NCBI GenBank assembly: GCA_964368945.1
Contig: CAYJDM010000006.1
Span: 22,546 to 86,545 of the forward strand
Direction: 5' to 3'
DNA length: 64,000 nt
Source: an uncultured Candidatus Saccharibacteria bacterium
Lineage (GTDB): Bacteria > Patescibacteriota > Minisyncoccia > Phycocordibacterales > CAIZLB01
The position numbers and the translations under genes were made by a program. Positions 18,701 through 26,758 of the stretch are shown in pieces. Position 1 is the first letter of the stretch. Each line of letters starts with the position of its first letter. A model generated the notes under the pieces. It searched no databases, was not told the DNA's origin, and was given only the letters and a program-made list of their open reading frames with translations.

Positions 18701-19093
18701 CATCGCCTGGAGCTCGCTGCAATTCGTGATCGCTGCGTTAACGGGGTCCCCATCATCGGCGATCTCTACCGTGACAAGGCTCACAAGTCCGTCGAAAGAT
18801 ACATCGGACGAAGTCGACGAAGCCGTAATGGTGATAGTTCGAGTACCCGACTGAATGGCATCATCTATCGCGGAAACCGTAACCGTCTGAGGCTGATCCC
18901 AATCGCTTGGCGTGAAAGTCAGCAGTTCAGGCGATACGGTCGCACCCGAACCATTGCCCGGAGTCGAAGTCGCAAACGTTATCACGACATCGTCGGTCGG
19001 CGCTTGCTTGAGCTTGAGCGTGAAAGTATCGCTAGATCCTTCTTCGATTCCAAGATCAGTTTTGGAAAACTTGAACAAAGGATCTCGAAGCAT
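12704..19093 (-). CDS. giant cell-surface protein, C-terminal 2129 aa portion: Calx/Ig-like domains, 2 GLUG-motif beta-helix modules, 6 NHL repeats, 2 Ig-like domains, Gly linker, 2 C-terminal peptidoglycan-binding domains
   Basis: NHL repeats ([34 protein letters not shown] and five more). Repeated G-L-x-G blocks (VGGLVG, IGGLIG) after a conserved CSELQAM...NDIDCTGFD...[15 protein letters not shown] module, present twice. [17 protein letters not shown] linker. Two PG_binding_1-like domains at the C-terminus ([22 protein letters not shown]..., [23 protein letters not shown]...). There is no signal peptide at this ORF's own N-terminus, so it probably continues from the upstream 971 aa ORF (see findings). 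Confidence 0.85.
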   Translation of the reverse strand: [2129 protein letters not shown]

Positions 19094-19226
19094 CGGATAA
19101 TCATCCGTATCAGTAACCGTGACCCAGACGCTGCTGAAATTCCATTGATCGAGCGGCGGATTAGTGCTATTGCCCTTGAAATACCCTGAATCGTTCTCGA
19201 TCGCCGTGCAGCCCGCAGGATCAGGA

Positions 19227-22103
19227 TCATCGATGATCGTTGCAGAAATCCTGGCCGCTTAGTGTTTTATCAAAAAATGTATTATCAAAGCTCGCATAAT
19301 CGGAACCCGTAACCGCGCCGATATTCGAAGTCGGATTCACAGAAACGACCGTTATGCCCACGGCCGAGAACGAATCGACATATTGCGCCTGAATATCATA
19401 TCCTGTCATTCCTCCTATGTTTGAAACCGCATCAGCGGAATCAAGCCACATCTGTCCGGCAGCATATGTCCGCGTGAATATCGATGGATTGGTATCATGG
19501 TACCCAATCATTCCTCCCACGAATGCGATATATGCGCCAGTGCCTGTGGCATTGATCTGGCCACTCCAGTAGCTATCCGTGAAAGAAAGCGCCATCGACG
19601 ATTGGCCTACGAAGCCGCCTACATATGCCACTTCGGCATCCGAATCGAGATGCATCTCGACCGAAGATCTGCTGCGCGCAAATGAAATCTCACTGGCTTC
19701 GCCTTCAGCGAATCCCGTCATGCCGCCGATATCATAGATTTCCGCTGAATCGATCGTGATGCTTCCCAATGCCTGGACGTCATCTATATTGCCTTCGGGA
19801 TATATATATGAATATCCGTTCAGACCGCCGATATACGTAACGGCTCCGCTCGGAGCCTGGATCTCGATATCGGCATCGGCTATAGAATCCGTAATCGAGC
19901 CGGCCCCATAGTCTCCGAACAGGCCTCCTATGAGCGACACGGGGCCATTCGACTCTGTATGTATGGTCCCTGAATATGAGACGCCATCAACGATTCCCAC
20001 TTCATTGTAAAATGCGCCGACCAAGCCTCCGACATTCGCAACCTGGCCGCTCGCATCGGTTATGATGCTTATATCCATGGTCGAGCTGCTATTCGTGATC
20101 GAGGCTCCTTCGAAATAAGCGACCAAGCCTCCCACATCGCTAGACTGCGATGCATTCACATGATTAAAAACAATCGCGCCAGAAGCCGAGCTGTCCGAGA
20201 TGGTGCTGCCGCTTCCACCGCCGCCTGCAGAAAGTCCGCCTATCGAATCAATCTGGCCTCCGTCTCCATCGACTGTTATCGTACCGTCATAGTGGACATT
20301 CGTAAGCGTGGAATCAGGACCGAGATCCATGCTCGCTATCACTCCTCCGACGCCGGTGCCATGCCCAGTCACGTCAGCGGAAGAGAAAACATTCTCGACC
20401 ACAAGATCGTTCGTATCGGAAAGCCCGATAAGGGAACCGACATTGCCAAGCCCTTCCACGTTTCCGGCAAGGCTCACATCCTTGAATGTTCCGCCCTGCA
20501 CATATCCGAACAATCCTACATAATACTCATCAGGCCGTGCAATCGTAAGATTCGAAATAGTGTGTCCATTTCCATCGAATGATCCGGTAAACGGAATGCT
20601 ATCGTCTCCAACAGGCCGGAACCCCTTGCCATCATTGTCGGCATCGAAGCCGGTGCAGTCGATATCGTTCGAAAGCTCATAAGACGCTCCGAGACCTTCG
20701 GACATCGCCTGCAGCTCAGCGCAGTTCGCGATCGGCAGTGCTTCATTGTCCGAAACAGTGACGACGACATTGGAAATGATAACGCCGTTGAAATCACTAT
20801 CCGCTGAAGAGACAGACGCCGAGACATCTACGGTTCTCTGAGGATTTCCGACTCCATCATCAATACCCGTAACGGTTACGGTTTGCGGCTCATCCCAATT
20901 TCCAGGCATGAAGGTAAGCACCTCTGGGGAAATTGACGCGCCTGCCCCAACGCCAGGAGTCGAAGTCGAAAGAGTCACGATTACGTCATTTGCAGGCTGT
21001 CGATCGAGCACGTACGTAAATGTCGAAGAATCTCCTTCCTCGACGGAAAGCGCATTTACAGATGGGCTCACAAGCGTCGGGATGAATTTTTGAATACGCC
21101 CATTGTTCCCATCGGTCACGTATATATTGTTGGCGGCATCAAAAGCGGTCGCTTGCCCACTATTGCCAAATTCCCCATCACCGGATCCATCTGATCCGAA
21201 CTCAAATAGATATTTTCCGTCGTTGGTAAACGCTCTAATGCGCGCATTTGAGGAGCTTGTAACGTAGACAGTTCCATAATTATCTATTGATACGTCTTGA
21301 GCCCTGCCCAAGTCCGCATTTGATTGAGCGTCGAGACCGGGCTGACAATCTGAAGTACATACCTGATACTCCCTGTTTCCGTCGATAACGCCTTGGCCAA
21401 AGGTCAGAATAAAATTACCGGCGGAATCGAATTTCTGGACGCGATGAGCATTGTATTCGGTGACGAAGATGTTTCCAGAAGCATCTACTGCTATGCCTTG
21501 CGCGGCCGAAAACTGATTATTGCCGAATTGAGAAATATAATTCCCATCAGAATCAAACTTTTGAATCCGTGAATTATCGCTATCAACAACGAGAATGTTG
21601 CCAGACCCGTCAATCGCGATATCATGCACGAATCCGAATTCGCCGTCGTCGCTGCCTGCAGGGCCGCCGATATAGGAAACAAAATCGCCATTTGAATCGA
21701 ATTTCTGGACGCGACTATTGAGCTCGTCAGCCACGTATACATTCCCGGAAGAATCCACTGCTATCCCCTGAGGGCCGTTGAACTGGCCATCGCCGGAACC
21801 AAAGGAGCCGAATTGAGAAATGTATGTCCCCGTAGGATCGAATTTCTGCACCCGATGAGAAGTGCTGTCAGTGACATATATATTCCCTGCGCTATCCAAT
21901 GCGATGCCGAACGGACGATCGAACTGCCCGTCACCGGAACCCGCTGAACCGAATTGGCTCGCATACTGCATTCCTGCTTTGACTTCGTTTGGGGAGAAAA
22001 GCGTACTGACTAAACCTATTACCATGACTGCAACTAGAGCAAAACGCATCGGATATGCCAAAACCCTTCGCTTTGATTTTTTTAAATTAAAGAGTTTCAA
22101 CAT
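19227..22103 (-). CDS. giant cell-surface protein, N-terminal portion: signal peptide, 6 NHL repeats, Calx/Ig-like domain, GLUG module; ends in a premature stop in the middle of a conserved module
   Basis: Start placed at the ATG at 22103 ([43 protein letters not shown], a signal peptide). The ORF-track start at 22142 is GTG. NHL repeats ([33 protein letters not shown] and others). The same CAELQAM...DIDCTGFD...[11 protein letters not shown] GLUG module as the downstream ORF. The ORF stops at ...[15 protein letters not shown], in the middle of the motif that continues in the other frame. Confidence 0.8.
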   Translation of the reverse strand: [958 protein letters not shown]

Positions 22104-22217
22104 ACTTAAAAATACTGAGTTCGCCAAAGCGAGGGACAGCACATATATGCCAAATTATATCATGCGGGAGGCATGATTCTCAGTAAAACGTTGAAAACTA
22201 TGGCTATTTGCGTATTT

Positions 22218-23879
22218 TTACGCAATTCCGTTTACAAATGCGATTACGGCAGCCTTGGCAGCTGCAGGATTCACCGAGCCCTTGCTCGCCTTCATGATTT
22301 GGCCGACGAAAAACATCAGCGCGGCTTCCTTGCCCGCCTTATAGTCCGCCACTACGGATGGATGTGCGGCTACGAGCTCGGCGATCATCTTATTCAGAGC
22401 TTCTGGATCGTTTTTCTGGATCAAGCCATGGGCTTCGGCGATTTCCTTGCTTGTTTTCTTGATGATTTCTTCACGTGCGATGCGAGACAATGGAGCGGCG
22501 GAGTCTTTTTTGTTTTCTTCGATGTCGGGCACGCTGATATCTGCATATGCGAAGAAAAGCATGGCCAATGCATCCTTGGCGCCTCGAGACGATAGCTCCC
22601 CTGCCTTGATCATGAGGATGATATCCGCAAAATTTTGAACCGGTATCGAAAACGCCGCATCGGGATCACTTGACCCGCTTAGAGCGCCATATTTCTTGAT
22701 AAGTCCCGCGAGGTCAGACGTCACATAGTTCGTCGCAAGCTTGATGAGCTCTTTCTGCTCCGGCATATCCTTCAGCGCATCAGTGACAAGCTCGAAAAAG
22801 TTCCTGAAGCCTGTATTCTGAACGAACATTTCAGCGTCTTCAGCCTTCATTTCAAACAGGTTCACGAAACGATCGCGAACCTGCCAAGGCAGAGTCGGCA
22901 TGCCTGCATCGATCTCATGAGGCTGGAATTCCGGTATTTCGCTTATGAAAAGCTTTGGCAGATCAGGATCTGGGAAGTACATATAGTCATGCGAGTTTTC
23001 TTTCGCTCGCTGGCTGATGGTTTTGCCTGTGGCTTCGTCGAAGCCTCGCGTCTCCTGGACGAGCTTCTTTGTGGCAAGGGCAGCCTTCCATGCGACAGAA
23101 TCAGTTGGAGAAACCCCCTCTGCGAGTACCGCCTCGATCGCGGCGATATGTCGCTGGATTTCGAATTCGATAGATCGCTCTGCTGATCGGAATGAGTTGA
23201 TATTCTTGACCTCGGTCTTCACGCCGAAAGTCGCGAAGGCTTCTTTGGCGACGGGCTTCTGTGCAGCAAGCGCCTCATCGATGAAACGATGCGCAGCAGG
23301 ATCGGTCGATACCGAAATATTCACCTCGACGCGCATTTCGCCTTTTTCCATATTGGCCTCGCCTGCTCCTAGATATCGCAAGAGCAATTGCAGCTCCCGC
23401 CCGAAATCTCCGGCAGTCTTGGCATCGCGAATGACCGGCTCAGTCACGAGCTCCATGAGCGGCACTCCTGAGCGATTGAAATTCACGAGGCTGAAATCGC
23501 CCTTGTCATGAGACGAAGAAGCCGTATCCTCCTCAAGATGGATTCGCGTCAGCTCGACGCCTCGCAATGAGCCGCCAGTGATGAGAGGATGCGCGAACTG
23601 GCTGATCTGATATGCCTTTGGAATATCTGGATAAAAATAATTCTTTCGATCCCATTCAGTGAAGTCCGCTACGTTGCCGCCTATCGCCGTACCGATGCGC
23701 ACCATATGCTTGATCGCCTGCTTATTGAGGACGGGCAAAGTTCCGGGATGCCCCATGCAGATCGCGCAGACATTGAAGTTGGGTCGCTCTTCGTCCGGAT
23801 TATTTCGGCATGAGCAAAACATCTTGGACTGAGTCTTGAGCTCGGCATGGATTTCGAGGCCGATTACGGGATAATACAT
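22218..23879 (-). CDS. gatB: aspartyl/glutamyl-tRNA(Asn/Gln) amidotransferase subunit B
   Basis: MYYPVIGLEIHAELKTQSKMFCSC...NVCAICMGHPGTLP is the GatB N-terminus. Start placed at the ATG at 23879. In-frame ATGs at 23936 and 23987 would add unconserved residues. Confidence 0.9.
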   Translation of the reverse strand: MYYPVIGLEIHAELKTQSKMFCSCRNNPDEERPNFNVCAICMGHPGTLPVLNKQAIKHMVRIGTAIGGNVADFTEWDRKNYFYPDIPKAYQISQFAHPLITGGSLRGVELTRIHLEEDTASSSHDKGDFSLVNFNRSGVPLMELVTEPVIRDAKTAGDFGRELQLLLRYLGAGEANMEKGEMRVEVNISVSTDPAAHRFIDEALAAQKPVAKEAFATFGVKTEVKNINSFRSAERSIEFEIQRHIAAIEAVLAEGVSPTDSVAWKAALATKKLVQETRGFDEATGKTISQRAKENSHDYMYFPDPDLPKLFISEIPEFQPHEIDAGMPTLPWQVRDRFVNLFEMKAEDAEMFVQNTGFRNFFELVTDALKDMPEQKELIKLATNYVTSDLAGLIKKYGALSGSSDPDAAFSIPVQNFADIILMIKAGELSSRGAKDALAMLFFAYADISVPDIEENKKDSAAPLSRIAREEIIKKTSKEIAEAHGLIQKNDPEALNKMIAELVAAHPSVVADYKAGKEAALMFFVGQIMKASKGSVNPAAAKAAVIAFVNGIA

Positions 23880-24124
23880 GCGGCCATTTGACTCGATTGC
23901 ATATTTATTTTCTATTGATTCTGAGGCTGCATTCATGGCTTTGATGGGCGACTTGCTAGAATTTTGATGGCTTTTTAATGGTTGCATAATAGCATAAAGA
24001 AAAGAAAAAGCCCGCTCACGGGACTCTTCCTTTTTCGCTTTGCAGCGACCTCACTAATGAGGAGAAAGAGTCCCGCGTCGGGCTCTATGAGGGTTGGGCC
24101 GCGTCACGGCCCTGTTGTCGAACC

Positions 24125-24580
24125 TCAGGCCTTGATGCCGGCGACGAGGCCGGCTGCCACAGGATCGTCATCCAGAATCCCGGAGCTGATGATACGGGCG
24201 AGCAGATGACTGTCGGCGCCGGCGCCGATGATTCCCGGTGGACCGTCATTGCCATCGCCGATGCCGATGATGCTGCCGCCAATGACGAGGTAGGTTTTGC
24301 TGTCCGAACTGATCGCATTTGCTTTCAGTCCATTGTTCACGGTATCCCCAGGCAAAAAAGGCGGAGCCTGGTATTTGACGGCGAAGACCTCCAGAGAGGC
24401 CGTGGCACTGGCCATATCATTAGCCATGGCATCGTAGCCCGAGTCGTAGAGACTCTGAACTCCTGCGGCCCGGATGATCGGCTCAGGCATGGGCGGAATA
24501 TCAGGGGCGGCCCTGGCCTGCAGCGGGATGCTGACGGAAAGCAGCGCGAGCGCTGCGAGGGTGAGTGTGCGATTCATGGT
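24125..24580 (-). CDS. small secreted hypothetical protein (about 151 aa)
   Basis: Start placed at MNRTLTLAALALLSVSIPLQARA, a signal peptide with an AxA cleavage site. The ORF-track start at 24715 adds 45 residues with no signal peptide. Local GC is clearly above the window average. Gly/Ile-rich C-terminus (VIGGSIIGIGDGNDGPPGIIGAGA). Confidence 0.45.
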   Translation of the reverse strand, partial: TMNRTLTLAALALLSVSIPLQARAAPDIPPMPEPIIRAAGVQSLYDSGYDAMANDMASATASLEVFAVKYQAPPFLPGDTVNNGLKANAISSDSKTYLVIGGSIIGIGDGNDGPPGIIGAGADSHLLARIISSGILDDDPVAAGLVAGIKA

Positions 24581-24763
24581 ATTTTCTGGGTTCTGTATTT
24601 TCGGGTTCGGGTTTACTGACTCAGACAGCTCATAGCACGCGCTGTTATGCGCATGGGAAAGAGCTGCATCCAATGCTACACCCGCCAGACTGATCGTCAA
24701 GCGGGTGCTGTGCATTTTTTTATACCGGCATCCTGATGCGAAAAACTCGCGGATCAGGAGCGA

Positions 24764-25804
24764 CTAAGAGACAAACTTGATCAAGGTATCGCTGAATTTC
24801 TTTACATCGGCATCGTCGAGAATCGTAATATATTCAACGGCATTTTTTGCCATCGCGGACGCGAATTCTGGAGCCTCGCTGACGAATTTCTTCAATTCTG
24901 CGAGCTGTTCAGGCAGGAGCACATCTGTTTTTGTAAAAAGAATCATCTCGTCCTTTTCGCCAAGCGCCTGATCGAATGTCTCCAATTCATTTCGAATCGT
25001 CTTGTAGGTGCTGATGATCTGCGCTCCATCAGTTTTCATAATCGCACCTTCGCCTTCTGTTGCGACATTGAGGAAATGCTCGCATGTGATGCAATGCACG
25101 AGCAATTTCGTTCGCTTGATATGTCGGAGGAATTTATGACCGAGGCCCTTCCCTTCTGACGCGCCTTCGATGAGACCAGGAATATCCGCGAGAATATGCC
25201 CATAGAGATCTCCGAGATTCGGCTCGAGCGTTGTGAATTCATAATTTCCGACCTTCACATTTGCTCGCGTGAGAGCATTGAGGAGAGATGACTTGCCAGC
25301 ATTCGGAAGTCCGATGAATCCGGCCTCGGCAATCAATTCTACTTCTATATAAAAATCAGCTTCTTCGCCCGGCTTGCCATCCGTCTGCTGCTTCGGCTGC
25401 TGATTCGTCGATCCTTTGAAATGATCGTTTCCGAGGCCTCCATTGCCGCCCTTGAGAAGCAGGACTTTCTGGCCTTCTTCTTCGAGCCTGACCTCCTCTC
25501 CGGTATCGAGGTTTTTGATTATAGAGCCAATGGGAAAATCGATAACGAGCTCTTCGCCATCAGACCCCTTGCAGAGGTGATTGCCTCCATTCTCTCCGTC
25601 ATTTCCTGTGAATTCCTTGGTATTTCGATATCGAGCCAAAAGCCAGGCATCCCGCACAGCATGCGCGTAAACAGACCCGCCGCGACCTCCGTCGCCGCCT
25701 CCAGGACCGCCGAATTCCTTGAATTTCTCATGAATCCAGCGAACGACGCCGTCGCCGCCCTTTCCAGCCTTTATATGCAATGTCAGTTCATCGATGAGTG
25801 CCAT
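24764..25804 (-). CDS. obg: GTPase Obg/CgtA
   Basis: Obg-fold N-terminus MALIDELTLHIKAGKGGDGVVRW, glycine-rich GGPGGGDGGRGGSV, G1 motif GLPNAGKSSLLN, G3 DIPGLIEGA. Confidence 0.9.
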   Translation of the reverse strand: MALIDELTLHIKAGKGGDGVVRWIHEKFKEFGGPGGGDGGRGGSVYAHAVRDAWLLARYRNTKEFTGNDGENGGNHLCKGSDGEELVIDFPIGSIIKNLDTGEEVRLEEEGQKVLLLKGGNGGLGNDHFKGSTNQQPKQQTDGKPGEEADFYIEVELIAEAGFIGLPNAGKSSLLNALTRANVKVGNYEFTTLEPNLGDLYGHILADIPGLIEGASEGKGLGHKFLRHIKRTKLLVHCITCEHFLNVATEGEGAIMKTDGAQIISTYKTIRNELETFDQALGEKDEMILFTKTDVLLPEQLAELKKFVSEAPEFASAMAKNAVEYITILDDADVKKFSDTLIKFVS

Positions 25805-25855
25805 AATGGTTGGAGTGTAGCATATTATTGCGATTTGGCATCATCTTTCAAGATA

Positions 25856-25895
25856 TCAAAATAGCCCCGCACGATCGTGCGGGGCCGGAAGGTTT
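25856..25895 (-). terminator. intrinsic terminator downstream of the 25936-26556 gene
   Basis: Perfect 22 bp palindrome GCCCCGCACGATCGTGCGGGGC (25863-25884). On the minus strand it is followed by CTATTTTGATATC (U-tract). Confidence 0.6.
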
Positions 25896-25935
25896 TTCCA
25901 AGCTAAAACCTTGCCTTAACTTTATTATTTTTTGC

Positions 25936-26556
25936 TCAATTTGAAGCGAAACCGAGAGCACTGCAGAGAGCGTCGCGATCGTAGCCAAGCCAGCGATAGA
26001 ATGACAGCCACGAGCTACCATCGGGTGAGCGATAGAGATACAGGCTGTAGCGGTTGCCGTCTGGGTTGCGAAGTATCGTTCCAAGGAATTCGATCCAAGC
26101 GACATCGAGAGTTTTCTCAAGCCACTTTAATGTGATCTGATCCTTTTCACTGAGTAAGGTTTCTGCTATTTTTGCATCGGCCTGAATGGCTCGAAGTGTA
26201 AGCCGTGCCAGCCTTACTTCGCCGACAAGAGATGTTTCCGTCTTCTTGAAACCAGTCTGGCTGATAAGTCGGGTCGGATCCAGCTCAGTGATAGCCAATG
26301 AGCGGCCGTCCTGCTCCTCATCGCCTTCGAGGCCATTACCGTTCTTCGGACCGCGCCAGATCGTCCAGCCCGTACCGATGGAGATAGCGGGATCGAACGG
26401 TTTGGATCGGTCAATTTTGAGGATGGCGGGCTTGATCACCTGATCCGGCGACACCACGACGAGCTGACCGGCAAGAAACGCTTTGGCACGCTTTTCACCA
26501 CCGAGTCTGTTGAGCAGGGCCTCATATTGACCCATTGTCCAATTTGGATATTTCAT
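25936..26556 (-). CDS. hypothetical protein (206 aa), probably highly expressed
   Basis: ATG at 26556 and a clean 206 aa ORF (MKYPNWTMGQYEALLNRLGGEKRAKAF...). No family recognised. It has its own super-consensus promoter and structured leader upstream and a strong terminator downstream. Confidence 0.5.
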   Translation of the reverse strand: MKYPNWTMGQYEALLNRLGGEKRAKAFLAGQLVVVSPDQVIKPAILKIDRSKPFDPAISIGTGWTIWRGPKNGNGLEGDEEQDGRSLAITELDPTRLISQTGFKKTETSLVGEVRLARLTLRAIQADAKIAETLLSEKDQITLKWLEKTLDVAWIEFLGTILRNPDGNRYSLYLYRSPDGSSWLSFYRWLGYDRDALCSALGFASN

Positions 26557-26729
26557 AATACAACTAATAGTTGGGTTTTGATTGCTGCCCGCAATCAGGG
26601 TCCGTTTTCACGGAATGATGCAAAGGCTTAGTTCAATAACCGAACTTCGCCATAGCCAGGAAACGCCTATGATTAGGCATCTTTTGGCTATGGCGATTTA
26701 GCAAAAAAATCAAGGTTCTTACGATAAAT

Positions 26730-26758
26730 ATTATACATTTTTTAAGTGTATTTGTCAA
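26730..26758 (-). promoter_or_regulatory. consensus sigma70-type promoter: TTGACA, 17 nt spacer, TGTATAAT (extended -10)
   Basis: Minus strand reads TTGACAAATACACTTAAAAAATGTATAAT. The plus-strand complement has TGTCAA at about 26753-26758 and ATTATA at about 26730-26735. The predicted transcript start near 26722 gives a leader of about 165 nt before the ATG at 26556. Confidence 0.6.

Noticed and set aside
26557-26722. SRP RNA, 6S RNA or tmRNA identity for the structured leader
   Set aside because: It lacks the SRP domain IV GGAA/AGCAGCC motif, a 6S central bubble and a tRNA-like 3' end. It is kept only as an unclassified structured leader.
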